41,896 nt of DNA, taken from IMG/VR virus record IMGVR_UViG_2512047041_000010; one strand, 5' to 3'. Positions 8,597-18,786 of this stretch are shown here, piece after piece. Every line of letters starts with the position of its first letter. Position 1 is the stretch's first letter. Origin of the DNA: a virus. Taxonomy: Duplodnaviria; Heunggongvirae; Uroviricota; Caudoviricetes. The notes beneath the pieces are model-generated. The model was not told where the DNA came from. It was given only the letters and a program-made list of their open reading frames with translations, and made no database searches. Both the position numbers and the translations under genes were made by a program.

Positions 8597-9307
8597 ATGG
8601 CTAATGCTCAAACTGCCATCTTCAAATTTGAATCTGTTAACCCTATCCGTTCCATCATTATCGATGGCCAACCATGGTTTGTAGCCCAAGACGTTTGTAG
8701 TGCGCTGCGTATCCAAAACGTCACCCAAGCACTTGAAAAACTGGATGATGATGAAAGGTCTATGTTCAACATAGGGCATGAACATCGTGCAATTTTTGAC
8801 AGCCGAGTAAAAGAGATCAACATTATCTCCGAGTCAGGCCTCTACACACTGATCCTCCGCTGCCGCGACGCAGTGACACCAGGCACTACCCCCTACCGCT
8901 TTCGTAAATGGGTTACAGGTGAGGTTCTTCCTCAGATCCGCCGCACCGGAAGTTACATTAAAAACTCGCTCCCGCAGGAAGAGCGCATAAAGATGGTTGC
9001 CGACCAGGTAGCCAGCGCCACAGCATCAGCAGTGATGCAGGCAATGAAGGTAGAGAACAAAACCTACAGCGCCCCGCTGAAGCCCGGCTACCGCAGCCTG
9101 ATTCACTCGCCGTCTGGTGTTCTCGGCCTGACGGAAAACTCACTGCTGATGAATCTGCTGAACCAGTTACAGGAAGACGGGCACGACGTATCGGGCGCGG
9201 CGGCGGAGGTGACCACCATGTTCTGCTACATCGTCGGTGTGAGTAAATGCCTGCGTGATATCCAGACCCACGCGGAATACATCAACGACAAGGCAGGGTT
9301 CTTCTGA
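8597..9307 (+). CDS. phage antirepressor (Bro-N N-terminal domain plus C-terminal Ant domain)
   Basis: Start at ATG 8597, preceded by SD GGAGA; N-terminal FESVNPIRSIIIDGQPWFVAQDVCSAL is Bro-N/KilA-N-like; C-terminus homologous to the 8024..8281 product. Confidence 0.75.
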   Translation: MANAQTAIFKFESVNPIRSIIIDGQPWFVAQDVCSALRIQNVTQALEKLDDDERSMFNIGHEHRAIFDSRVKEINIISESGLYTLILRCRDAVTPGTTPYRFRKWVTGEVLPQIRRTGSYIKNSLPQEERIKMVADQVASATASAVMQAMKVENKTYSAPLKPGYRSLIHSPSGVLGLTENSLLMNLLNQLQEDGHDVSGAAAEVTTMFCYIVGVSKCLRDIQTHAEYINDKAGFF

Positions 9308-9378
9308 CGGGCGGCGGCACAGGGATGTGCCTTTAAATAATTCTGTACAGATTGCAGACTGGGGGTGAATAGCGTACT

Positions 9379-9395
9379 ATTACCTCAAGGGTAAG
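9379..9395. promoter_or_regulatory. operator-like palindrome ATTACCTCAAGGGTAAG
   Basis: TTACC-N5-GGTAA family site about 60 bp upstream of the 9454 start codon. Confidence 0.5.
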
Positions 9396-9453
9396 AAAGC
9401 ATTTTTAATCTTCCCTTCAAAACGCGTCCTGTAGCCAAACATGGGAGGACGAA

Positions 9454-10086
9454 ATGAGAACAAATACAACAAGAAAAGCGATGCCATACATTATCCCAGA
9501 AGCAGATTTCGATAGAAAACTGAACATGTCTGAGAAGAACACTAGTCACACCGAAAGCTACTTAGCGAAAGGTGTGGTTGATTTCGTTCTTCCGGGATTC
9601 ACAACACCTTATGGTTATCGCCTTGTAAAATCTTGTAATGGCGATCATTACAGAATGATTACTACCAGCGATACTCCAGAAACGGTGTATGCGGTTAAGT
9701 TAATCTTTCGGGAAGATATCGTCGAAGCCAAAAGAACATGTACGCAGATCATGGTATGGCGTACGCCTAATGTTATTCATGACCGTGCTGTTCATGGTTT
9801 GCCTCAGATTTTTTTTCAGTTCTTCCTAGAGCAATATGCGATCGTTGTATCTGATGAGCAACAAACAATCGATGGGAGAAGATTCTGGGAAAGAATGATT
9901 TCTTGGGCTATAAACACCCCAGGATATAATGTATACGTTTCAGATGGCTCTGAAGAAGATAGACCTCTTAGCTTCATGACATCATGGGATGATTTCTATA
10001 GCCAGTGGGCTGATTTCTGTTGGGGCAGTGATAAAGATGTGCATACCCACAGACTACTGGTTATAAGCAAAGATAAACTGCATTAA
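9454..10086 (+). CDS. hypothetical protein, 210 aa, no recognisable domain (AT-rich moron)
   Basis: Strong SD GGGAGG 7 nt before the ATG; followed by an intrinsic terminator; lower GC than flanking structural genes; no motif I can assign. Confidence 0.6.
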   Translation: MRTNTTRKAMPYIIPEADFDRKLNMSEKNTSHTESYLAKGVVDFVLPGFTTPYGYRLVKSCNGDHYRMITTSDTPETVYAVKLIFREDIVEAKRTCTQIMVWRTPNVIHDRAVHGLPQIFFQFFLEQYAIVVSDEQQTIDGRRFWERMISWAINTPGYNVYVSDGSEEDRPLSFMTSWDDFYSQWADFCWGSDKDVHTHRLLVISKDKLH

Positions 10087-10090
10087 TAGA

Positions 10091-10113
10091 AGCCCGCAGC
10101 GCGGGCTTTTTTG
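10091..10113 (+). terminator. rho-independent terminator
   Basis: AGCCCGC-agc-GCGGGCT followed by TTTTTT. Confidence 0.75.
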
Positions 10114-10184
10114 TGGACGAAACAAAAGTCAGTGCTACACTCATTGACGCCACATTGAGGTGGCTTATAGATGGAAATTTCACA

Positions 10185-10346
10185 ATGAAAAAAGCATTTG
10201 CTGCACTGTTCGTTTTGTTGTCTCTGGTAGCTTCAACTCAGGCCTTTGCCGGTCGTTGTCAGCACGACAGCGACACTGCTGCTGACGGCTCCCGCTGCGG
10301 TGGGCGTTCTGCGGATTCCCGCCCGGGTGGCGGTGGCATTCGTTAA
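10185..10346 (+). CDS. small secreted protein (53 aa; signal peptide plus ~31-aa Gly/Cys-containing mature peptide)
   Basis: MKKAFAALFVLLSLVASTQAFA signal peptide with AxA cleavage motif; followed by hairpin GGCCGCGAAAGCGGCC; weak SD, so confidence is moderate. Confidence 0.4.
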   Translation: MKKAFAALFVLLSLVASTQAFAGRCQHDSDTAADGSRCGGRSADSRPGGGGIR

Positions 10347-10369
10347 AAACAAGGCCGCGAAAGCGGCCT

Positions 10370-10381
10370 GTGACATGTCAC
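10370..10381. repeat. perfect 12-bp palindrome GTGACATGTCAC (copy 1 of 3)
   Basis: Identical 12-mer also at 28088..28099 and 30353..30364; overlaps the stop codon of the minus-strand lipoprotein gene and abuts a GC hairpin. Confidence 0.8.
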
Positions 10382-10758
10382 GCAACGCAATTATTACCGC
10401 GCCATGTAACATTTTTAATAATCTTATCAGCACCAAACTCAACGTAAACAGAGCAACTGAAATGGAGTGTATAACCGCCATCAGTTGTTGCGTATGTGTT
10501 TGAATATATAGTATTACCAATTAGATTAGACGTAGTATTATACGTTGTGGTTTGTGGTACGTTATAACTACCAGAGCTTGAGTAAACATACACTCTGTTT
10601 CCATCTGGAGATGTAAGCTCTCCCTGAGGATACCCCCACTGCTGAACCATTGCGTCTATACTCTGCCCGCGCCACGTAAGCATATTTCTTTCAAACTGTG
10701 CAGCTGACTGGCATCCAACGAGAAGCATAAATCCAAAAATCAAAAATACTTTTCTCAT
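10378..10758 (-). CDS. phage lipoprotein (possible superinfection-exclusion/entry-exclusion type)
   Basis: Start taken at MRKVFLIFGFMLLVGCQ (lipobox LVGC) with SD AGGGGT; Thr/Ser/Tyr-rich mature part; sits between virion genes and the moron island. Confidence 0.6.
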   Translation of the reverse strand: MRKVFLIFGFMLLVGCQSAAQFERNMLTWRGQSIDAMVQQWGYPQGELTSPDGNRVYVYSSSGSYNVPQTTTYNTTSNLIGNTIYSNTYATTDGGYTLHFSCSVYVEFGADKIIKNVTWRGNNCVA

Positions 10759-10977
10759 AATTACCCCTATCATGGAAAAACAGCACCAATCCACAAATTA
10801 ACTAGTTATTTTATTATTCTTCCGAACAATACAATTCCGAATACTACAAAGCCGAACCATGCCGCTGCACGCAACAGAGATTCCAATTGAAACCCATTTT
10901 TATCAAAATGTATGAATAGCATAAAAACGCTGCACATATTAGTACAATAAAAGTTATTTGAACCATCATATCTCCTT

Positions 10978-13452
10978 TTATTGCGGAGTGACATCCTGTG
11001 GTCGCCACCAGTATGTCTGGTTAAACTCTTTCTTCGAACGTTGCTCCATTTTACGCAAATAGCCTGGTGAAAAATACTCCTGCATCTGGTTAAAGATCAT
11101 GTGATCGAGAGCCGCCTTCAAGTACCAGAGATTCGCACCAGGCATCAAACCTTTCCCCAGCTTCACCAGATCACCACCAGTCTGCTCACTCTTCCCTTCC
11201 ACAGCATTTAACGGTATGCCCTGAGCAATCTTCACTACGTCATCAACCAGACCAGCTACCGGGCCAAGCATCGACGCCAGCGCGCCGCTTCCGTACCTAG
11301 TGTGATCTGACAATAAAAAGTCACCGTAAAGGCCAAGACCACCACCTTTCAGTAGAGCACCAAGCCAGAATTTTGCGGCATCTTCTCCTGTCATCTCTCG
11401 AGGATTACGACCAGACGCAAGGTCGTTAAGTTGCTGCGACAAAGCGCCAAGAATGGTCGTACTGGCAATAAACGTCGCAATATATGCCGCACGCCCACCA
11501 GCAGACGGCATACCCATAGCGCGTGACCAGTGACGCATAACAACCGAGATAGGGAACGATTTAAACAGGAAAACACTTCTCGTTAATTCACCTTTCCATG
11601 TTCCACGCTGAATACCAGAACCGGTTATCAGTTGCTCACGTGCTCCCGGTGTAATAACAGCCATATCAACTTCTTCAGTTACGGCACCGAGCAGTTTACG
11701 CATTGCCTCAAATTTCACGCGTTCAGGCTCACCAAGATGTTTAACTGCTGAATCAGGGATACGCATAATGCTTTCCGGTGTCAGCATCGTATTATTACCG
11801 TTCCCCCAGTCCTCCTGTTTCGCCAGCTTCCATACGCTCCAGTCTGTGTCAGTAATCCCTTTGCTTTTCAGGATACGAAAATCAGAGTCATCGAGGCTAC
11901 GAAGGTCTGGTGTCCGTGACACTACTTCTCCCAGGCTTCCCATCATGGTTACGCCATAGGCGCGCTTGTGCGCATCTGACCATGCTGTAAGCCCACTGGC
12001 ACGCATTACCGCCGTTGCCGCCCAACGAGACACTGACGGCCCCATATTATCCATCGCCCAGCGGTTAACGCTGCCAAGTAGAGATTCCATCGCCAGACCA
12101 GCGCGGCGCGCCCGCGCAAGTTCTGTACGGTTCGTTGGGTCCATAGCTTCAAGCTGGTTGCGGAATAACTGGTTCACTGGAAGGTTGGTAACCTTCGCAG
12201 ACAGATACATGGTTCCAAGATCAGAGAACGATGACAGCAACGCGGATCCGAGTCTGCTGGCAACCAGCCAGTTGCGGATATTGTCAGACCATCGCGCGAT
12301 GTGCGGATTCGCTACAGGCTGTGTCTTTCCGGAAATAAAGTTGTACAGATTCTCTGTGTTGTTCGCCAGCCGCTCGACTTTACCGGTTTTACTCGGGTTA
12401 GCTGTTGCCGTTTCTGCCTTCACCTGATCAAGAAGAGAGCGGAAAACATGATCGGGGTTTGGGCCATATGTTTCCACCAGTGCAATATCTTTACTGATAC
12501 CTTCCAGGTGACCGACCATGATTTCCCATAGAGAGCGATCGCCATAAAGTTGCTGATATTGCAGATAGGAATCTGCATCTTTGAAATGTATCTGTCGTGA
12601 TGCATTACCACGGTTAGCACGTGCGCCGGAAATTCGCATTCCGGTATCAGTAAGCTTATTCAGCCCACCAGTAGCGATCGTGTTATAAGCCTCTCCAAGA
12701 AATGAAGACAACTCGGCATCGTTCATCAGTTGTCCATCGGCTCGGATATAATATTTGCGATCCAGCCTACCTATAACATCGCTAACCCACTTATCCTTTG
12801 ATACTGCCCCAACCTTTTCCATAGAATGATGTTGAGGGATCCCCCAGTTTTCGAGATAGCCAATGTCCCCACCAGCATCATTAAACCGGCGGCGCAGCAG
12901 CTCTGTAACTTCTCTCCACGCCTTAGCACCGTTTCTTGCTTTAGCATTGCCAGTAGTTTGCCCCCGCATTTCATATACCAGGTCACGTACGCCCGCTTCA
13001 TCTTCAAACAGACCAAAAAAGCGAGGATCAACTGCTTCGAATGCCTCCTGCAATTGACTCAATGCATAATCACGGGTGGCTTTTGTTCTGGATTCAACAG
13101 AGAGGAAATTAGATTTACCGTCTGCATTAAAAGCTATAGTACGGTTAAGAGCGCCAAGTTTCCCATCAGCCCCTTGATAGCTATTGATAAATTTATCCAA
13201 TCTCTGACGCGCGGCTATAGTGAGAGCCACACGACGTTTCTTTAATGCCGCTTCTCGCTGTAATTCTTCAGATGCCAATTGTGCTGCTCGATATAGCCGC
13301 TCTGATTCGGAAAGTTGTCGCCACGACATAGGGTCATCACGAGCAATGGAGCGCATATTTCGATAAATGCGGTCTTCAATGTTCTGTATTTCTCGCGCCG
13401 TTAACATGCGCTGCGCCGCCTGCTGAACCGCTTGTATACATTCCTGTCTCAT
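10978..13452 (-). CDS. internal virion/ejection protein (T7 gp16-like position, distal part)
   Basis: 824-aa ORF last in the run of large virion genes; assignment by position in a gp13-gp14-gp15-gp16-like series. Confidence 0.5.
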   Translation of the reverse strand: MRQECIQAVQQAAQRMLTAREIQNIEDRIYRNMRSIARDDPMSWRQLSESERLYRAAQLASEELQREAALKKRRVALTIAARQRLDKFINSYQGADGKLGALNRTIAFNADGKSNFLSVESRTKATRDYALSQLQEAFEAVDPRFFGLFEDEAGVRDLVYEMRGQTTGNAKARNGAKAWREVTELLRRRFNDAGGDIGYLENWGIPQHHSMEKVGAVSKDKWVSDVIGRLDRKYYIRADGQLMNDAELSSFLGEAYNTIATGGLNKLTDTGMRISGARANRGNASRQIHFKDADSYLQYQQLYGDRSLWEIMVGHLEGISKDIALVETYGPNPDHVFRSLLDQVKAETATANPSKTGKVERLANNTENLYNFISGKTQPVANPHIARWSDNIRNWLVASRLGSALLSSFSDLGTMYLSAKVTNLPVNQLFRNQLEAMDPTNRTELARARRAGLAMESLLGSVNRWAMDNMGPSVSRWAATAVMRASGLTAWSDAHKRAYGVTMMGSLGEVVSRTPDLRSLDDSDFRILKSKGITDTDWSVWKLAKQEDWGNGNNTMLTPESIMRIPDSAVKHLGEPERVKFEAMRKLLGAVTEEVDMAVITPGAREQLITGSGIQRGTWKGELTRSVFLFKSFPISVVMRHWSRAMGMPSAGGRAAYIATFIASTTILGALSQQLNDLASGRNPREMTGEDAAKFWLGALLKGGGLGLYGDFLLSDHTRYGSGALASMLGPVAGLVDDVVKIAQGIPLNAVEGKSEQTGGDLVKLGKGLMPGANLWYLKAALDHMIFNQMQEYFSPGYLRKMEQRSKKEFNQTYWWRPQDVTPQ

Positions 13453-13457
13453 TTAAT

Positions 13458-15260
13458 TTAACCTCTCAAGAAACACGCCACAGCGACATCAAACAGGCTG
13501 GAATCCTGTATTGCCTGCTCACTTTCCCTGTTCGCTTCATCCAGTGCTTCACGCGCACTGCGCGATTGTGGATTACCATCATCATCCAGCACGGTGATTA
13601 TCATGTCAGGTGATTCAAGCAGCGAGTCTTCAGCTATGCGCAAATCAATATCTCCTGCCTGATCTGACATCATTTTTTGTTCTGCCTGTTGCAATATTTT
13701 ATCAGGCTCAAAAGGAGCTACTTCGTCTGGCGTCCTGACCTCTGCTGTTTTATAGAATGAAACAGCCTGAGCATTAAGTTCACTTTCTGCCTGCTGTCTC
13801 CGAGCCAGTTCTGCTCGAGCTTCAAAAAACTGACCGCCAGGCTCATGCGGTGCCAACGCGTTACGAGAAAATTCCAGGCGTTCTTGTGCCTGCCGGATTC
13901 GTTGGTCAATATCGCGAAGTCTGGCCTGTTTATCTGATCGAGCACGAGATAAAGCCTTACCGCTACCGGCTGGATCTTCTGCAAGAATTTGTGCGCGCTG
14001 TTCAGTGAGATTTTCAATAATTCGTTGGCTATTAGCGATTTCAGACTGGTAAACCTGTCTATCGCCACGCGGCAAAAGCTGCGCGGCCTGTTCTTCAAGC
14101 AACCGATTTTCTATAGCGCGCGCCGTTACTCCATCATCTACAGATGACAGAGCCTCATTAACTGCCTGAGACAGCAGACTCTTGCGTCCAGGAATTTCAC
14201 TGAAAGATGCAGACTCAACAATGCTGGCAACGTCTACAGGTCTCCCCTGGCTAACATCAGACATGGCTTTTCGCAGAGCCTGAATGTGCGAATTACGCGA
14301 AAGCACGTTGATCGGCACGCCGGGAGCAATATCAATTTCAGCATGATGAGCGGCATTCGCCGCCAGTGCAGCATCGATATCAACTGGTGAAAAATTTGGT
14401 GCGCTTGTAGACTCGCCGCGAGAGTTAATAAATCTGCCGACACCACCAAACGCCACCCCAAGAACAGCATCAATAGCAATTGCCTGTCGATCCAACACAT
14501 CATACTGGTTAGCCATTTCGCTATAGCCACCATCACGAAGCGTTTTTGCAGTAAGCCCACGCTGTGCCATACCGAACGCAATATTTGTACCTGCGGCATA
14601 GGCAATATCTGGCGTTGCACGTACTGCTGTTGCTGCGGCGCGTCGCACTGAACTTTCACCCGTCCGCGCAAGCTGAGCCGCCACACCTTCCGCCAGCGCA
14701 CCACCAGCACGTAACCCGAGGCTCATAGGGATCAGTGTTCCGGCACCAGCAGTAATACCCTGCACTAATCCCGCTTCCTGCGCCGTCCTGAAATCAACAC
14801 CCTGTGCTGTAAGCCGTTCAAACTCAGAAAAACCCTGTAGAGAAGTTACCGCCGCAGCACCTCCGACCGGACCACCGAGCGTTGTACCGACAACAGCCTG
14901 CCCGCCCATATCGAACAACCCATAAAGGACCTGCCCGGCGGTTCCGGTTGTCGCGGCATCAGGCGTCAGCCGCTTAACCTGCTGCTCTGCTAGTTTTCTC
15001 TGCTCAGCAATGTATGAAACTGAAGTGTCATTGATCGAGGTGTTTTCGTTAACAAACTGAGCAATCGGGGATACGATTTTATCCATCCCTGCCCATAGCA
15101 ACTGATCTGGCTTTGCCACCAGCCCGGAGTACAAACCAGACAATGCCGCTCCTACAGCATTGTCGAAAAAACCAACATCGCTGTTAAAGCCAGATGGATT
15201 TGATGCTGCTTCGTCAAGCTGCTGATTCTGGTTTACTGGATTAAGGCCAAAGTAACTCAT
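13458..15260 (-). CDS. internal virion/ejection protein
   Basis: 600-aa ORF, Ala/Gly-rich with predicted membrane-interacting segments; tightly packed between two other large virion genes. Confidence 0.5.
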   Translation of the reverse strand: MSYFGLNPVNQNQQLDEAASNPSGFNSDVGFFDNAVGAALSGLYSGLVAKPDQLLWAGMDKIVSPIAQFVNENTSINDTSVSYIAEQRKLAEQQVKRLTPDAATTGTAGQVLYGLFDMGGQAVVGTTLGGPVGGAAAVTSLQGFSEFERLTAQGVDFRTAQEAGLVQGITAGAGTLIPMSLGLRAGGALAEGVAAQLARTGESSVRRAAATAVRATPDIAYAAGTNIAFGMAQRGLTAKTLRDGGYSEMANQYDVLDRQAIAIDAVLGVAFGGVGRFINSRGESTSAPNFSPVDIDAALAANAAHHAEIDIAPGVPINVLSRNSHIQALRKAMSDVSQGRPVDVASIVESASFSEIPGRKSLLSQAVNEALSSVDDGVTARAIENRLLEEQAAQLLPRGDRQVYQSEIANSQRIIENLTEQRAQILAEDPAGSGKALSRARSDKQARLRDIDQRIRQAQERLEFSRNALAPHEPGGQFFEARAELARRQQAESELNAQAVSFYKTAEVRTPDEVAPFEPDKILQQAEQKMMSDQAGDIDLRIAEDSLLESPDMIITVLDDDGNPQSRSAREALDEANRESEQAIQDSSLFDVAVACFLRG

Positions 15261-17770
15261 TGCGGAATATCTCCGGAGAATCTCTGACGCTTCTGTGTCA
15301 GATTAAGAACAACGGGAGAACCATCATCTTTCAGCAGATAACCAGTACCAAGTTTCACCAGGTACTGACTATCGCCGTAACTTTGCAAACCATACTGACC
15401 AGGCGGTGTTTTTATCCCGGAGCCGACAACTTGTTCATTCCAAGCCTGATTAACCTGCTTATCGAATTGCTCTGCAGACATTCCCCACGGCAAAAGGACA
15501 TTCCCCATTCCGTTATAGTCATGCACGCCACCTGTAGCTACGTTAACAGCCTGTTTCCAGACATCATTGTCAATTTCGCCTGATACCACGCCTTTTTTCG
15601 CCATCACACCAGCGTAATAATCCTTTGCGATCTCGTATGCCATTGATGCGCCCTGAGCGTCACCAGCAAATGCATCCTTCACCATGTCAGAAAACTCAAG
15701 GCGAAGATCAGCATCTTTAGGCATCGGAATACCTTTCGCATCATCAGTACCTTTACGAGCCGCCGCGCCAGCAAGAATTGTCTGCGCAGCGGTTTCAGGA
15801 GACACGGAAACATCCGGATTAAACCAGTTTTTTTCTGCCAAAATACCACCAGGCTTATCCATCAGTATCCCGGCAACGGCAGCAGATGGAGCGTTGGCAC
15901 TGATCTGCTGTAGTGCTGACATATACACCTGCCCACCACCAGTGCTCTGCCTGATGGTATCGAGATATGCTGCCTGTTGGGAAACTGGAGCATCACGAAA
16001 GAAAACACCGATCTGATTGGCCTCGTCTTTGGAAAAGAACGTCAGTGGAGTGCCATATGACTTAGCAAGGTCACTGACCTGAGCGGCACGCAAGGCAACG
16101 CTCTGTCCAAAGTTATCCTTATTGCTCATGTCGATAGGCTTTGCCTGTCCGGAGGCAAGAGAGAACTGCACAGGATCCGACTGCCGCTGCTTTATCACCT
16201 GATTTGCAGCCGAAACAACGTTGTCATAAAGAGTTGCGCGTGCCGCATACCCCTCCCCTGTATCACCAGTATCCGGGCGTAATTGCTCAACATATGCTGT
16301 AATGCTGCTTGTCGGCATGTTGCGGAAAGAGCCTATATACTGTCCGGCGATCTGCGTATTCTTAAACTCGGTATATCGCAGGTTTCCTTCTCTGACTCCA
16401 TAAGCTGCAATAAAATCATCTTCACCAGGTGGGTTAGGAAATTCAATGCCACGCATATACGCAGCTGTCGCATCGCGAACCTGGCTGTCAATCATCGTTT
16501 TATATTCAGCCTGCTGCTGCCGACGCAGTTGATCCGCCTGTCGCATAAAACTTGCCTGCGCCTCAGGAGATGCCGCATCGAATGCTGCATTACCGGTATA
16601 GCGTTTGGTGTTGGTTGGAATTGTTGATAAACCAAGTGCTGCACTGACACCAGCAGTTAACTGCTGATCACTGTATGGCTGGCTACCGTTCTCATGATGG
16701 ATAATGGCTGCACAAAGCGCCTTCAGGGTATCAGGATTAGATGCATCGAGAGGCTCATCAGCAGAAACGCCAAGTTGTTCGCACACTGCTTTGATATACG
16801 ACATAGTGTCATTTTTATCAGTAGGCGGTGCCCAGCGATTAATTATCTCGCTGACGGTATCAATACCCTGCCTCTGATACGACATCAGGTTCCGCCCTAA
16901 TGCACGAATCCCGTGTTCAGGTGTTTCGAATTTAGCAAATCGACCATCATCACCGGTCTGGCCTACCCACGGATTAGTTTTGCTGTATTCGAGATTTCCT
17001 GGGTTATTGTTGCGTATGCCACGGGCACGCTCGGAAGAGTCACTATCTGCTACAGCACGGCGAGCTCCAGCAGCAGTATCGCTTAACTCGCCATTACTTT
17101 GGATAAATGAGATCGCATTGTTTGCCGACCACTGGGACAATGCAGCATCAGCAACCTTCTCTTTAAACTCGATTTTCTTGGCCTGGATTTGCTCGTCGCT
17201 CCAGCCATGCGCAATGCCGTAATCCTCAATTTGCTGGAAAGTTTGCTTATTAGCCAATACGTATGCGGCGTTGTCGCCATACAATGCTGCGGCATTTTTA
17301 CCATTGTTCAGCAGCGTAGCCTGAAACTGGCCTTCTTCGTAGGCATTTATTTGCCCTATCTCGTGCCGCCCGGCCTGCGTAGTGAACTGAATACGCTGCT
17401 GCTGCGACTGCTGCATGAAAGCATTACGAGCCTGTTCATCTGGCAGCGACATAGCCAGTTGTTCGACCTGAGCATCAAACTGCTGCGTATACTCCTGGCC
17501 TTTTCCAATAGCATTTTTCCCTTTCAGGTTAAGCAAACCTGTTTCAGGGTTATTCAGCAGATCGCTGCTTATCTGGCTTAAGCTAAGAGAAGCATCCTGA
17601 GCCATAGCAACATTCGCACGCTGTTTTGCCTGCGCAATAATACCTGCATATTGCTCTGCAACATCGCCAAGTACATCACCGACATTTGGTGTCTGAAACG
17701 ATGAGAATCCCTGCGTCGAAATCCCTCTGCTCTGAACCTGACGGCCCGATGTTGTTGGTACAACTGGCAT
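15257..17770 (-). CDS. internal virion core protein (T7 gp15-like position)
   Basis: 837-aa ORF directly downstream of the gp14-like gene; translationally coupled with neighbours. Confidence 0.5.
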   Translation of the reverse strand: MPVVPTTSGRQVQSRGISTQGFSSFQTPNVGDVLGDVAEQYAGIIAQAKQRANVAMAQDASLSLSQISSDLLNNPETGLLNLKGKNAIGKGQEYTQQFDAQVEQLAMSLPDEQARNAFMQQSQQQRIQFTTQAGRHEIGQINAYEEGQFQATLLNNGKNAAALYGDNAAYVLANKQTFQQIEDYGIAHGWSDEQIQAKKIEFKEKVADAALSQWSANNAISFIQSNGELSDTAAGARRAVADSDSSERARGIRNNNPGNLEYSKTNPWVGQTGDDGRFAKFETPEHGIRALGRNLMSYQRQGIDTVSEIINRWAPPTDKNDTMSYIKAVCEQLGVSADEPLDASNPDTLKALCAAIIHHENGSQPYSDQQLTAGVSAALGLSTIPTNTKRYTGNAAFDAASPEAQASFMRQADQLRRQQQAEYKTMIDSQVRDATAAYMRGIEFPNPPGEDDFIAAYGVREGNLRYTEFKNTQIAGQYIGSFRNMPTSSITAYVEQLRPDTGDTGEGYAARATLYDNVVSAANQVIKQRQSDPVQFSLASGQAKPIDMSNKDNFGQSVALRAAQVSDLAKSYGTPLTFFSKDEANQIGVFFRDAPVSQQAAYLDTIRQSTGGGQVYMSALQQISANAPSAAVAGILMDKPGGILAEKNWFNPDVSVSPETAAQTILAGAAARKGTDDAKGIPMPKDADLRLEFSDMVKDAFAGDAQGASMAYEIAKDYYAGVMAKKGVVSGEIDNDVWKQAVNVATGGVHDYNGMGNVLLPWGMSAEQFDKQVNQAWNEQVVGSGIKTPPGQYGLQSYGDSQYLVKLGTGYLLKDDGSPVVLNLTQKRQRFSGDIPQ

Positions 17771-17782
17771 CTTATTATCCCC

Positions 17783-18322
17783 TTATCGACCGATTGGAGT
17801 GCCAACAGCAGCAGAAATCGGCGCAGCCTTCTGAGAGAACGGGCTCCACGTTCCGCCGCCCATCTGGTATGCACCGTATGCTTTTAGGGGTGCCGTTAAC
17901 AAAGTGCTGGTCATCGATGATTTAGCAGCCGACTGAGCAGCAGCCCCCTGTGCCTGAGCATTCATTCCCTGAACCTGATACCCATATGCCTCACGCTGAG
18001 CATTATTCACTGTCGTTAACGCATCAAGAGTGCCGAACTGAGCATTATCCGCAAAAACATCAAGAGCTGTTCCACTACTTAATTCCGCACCGGTAGCCCC
18101 CATAGTGGCCGCCGCAGTGCCTGAGCGTTGACGCATTTCACGACGACGCTGATCCGCTTCAATATTCCCACGATTGATTGAATCCTGTGCCTGGGCTTCA
18201 GCAATCTCAGCATTCCGATCAGCTACGGCTGACTGGTATCTTGCCTGCTTGCTCTGGCTGTACATTGATGCGGCTGTGGATGCCACTGTGACTGCAACCA
18301 AAGCGATGGCTGGGTTACACAT
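17783..18322 (-). CDS. internal virion protein (T7 gp14-like position)
   Basis: 179-aa Ala/Gln-rich protein following the gp13-like gene. Confidence 0.45.
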   Translation of the reverse strand: MCNPAIALVAVTVASTAASMYSQSKQARYQSAVADRNAEIAEAQAQDSINRGNIEADQRRREMRQRSGTAAATMGATGAELSSGTALDVFADNAQFGTLDALTTVNNAQREAYGYQVQGMNAQAQGAAAQSAAKSSMTSTLLTAPLKAYGAYQMGGGTWSPFSQKAAPISAAVGTPIGR

Positions 18323-18786
18323 TATTTTCTCTCCATGTGAAATCTGTGGAAATTAAGACCAAGAGCACCATAAGGCGCGGCTTCTTCAAGCCTGAATCCA
18401 AGCCAGTGCAGCCATGCTTTGGCAACATGGTTTCGCTCGTCGACATAGTTTTCCAGGCGCGGATAAACTGCCAGCATCTGCTGCAATACAGGGCGGCAGT
18501 GGCGAAGAAATGTCTTCTGATATTTTTCGATACGGCTGGTTCCGACCAGCCAGGGCGTACCATTGCCACCGATCATTGACGCCGGAGATACGCCAAACAT
18601 GGTTACCAGTTCTCCGTTCGCAAATCCTGACCAGGCCATAGTCGCAGTACGCAGACCAACACGCAGCGCATCTTCGGTAGTCATCAGTGATACCGCATAC
18701 AGTTCGTCAATATCAGCCTGACGAACATCCGGCAAAATCATCTGAAGATGCTCTTCGGTTGCGGGAATAATTTGAACATCGATCAT
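18322..18786 (-). CDS. internal virion protein (T7 gp13-like position)
   Basis: 154-aa ORF immediately after the large tail-tube gene; start overlaps the upstream stop. Confidence 0.45.
   Translation of the reverse strand: MIDVQIIPATEEHLQMILPDVRQADIDELYAVSLMTTEDALRVGLRTATMAWSGFANGELVTMFGVSPASMIGGNGTPWLVGTSRIEKYQKTFLRHCRPVLQQMLAVYPRLENYVDERNHVAKAWLHWLGFRLEEAAPYGALGLNFHRFHMERK

Noticed and set aside
9340-9360. LexA-like box CTGTACAGATTGCAGA before the 210-aa gene
   Set aside because: The right half is CAGA rather than ACAG at correct spacing and the spacer is not AT-rich; it does not fit CTGT-N8-ACAG.
10369-10382. CRP-binding site interpretation of TGTGAC-ATG-TCAC
   Set aside because: CRP sites need TGTGA-N6-TCACA; here the half-sites are 2-4 nt apart, so the spacing is wrong.
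10233-10520. Overlapping 85-95-aa ORFs on both strands
   Set aside because: Both cross a terminator hairpin and the 3' end of the lipoprotein gene and lack ribosome-binding sites.
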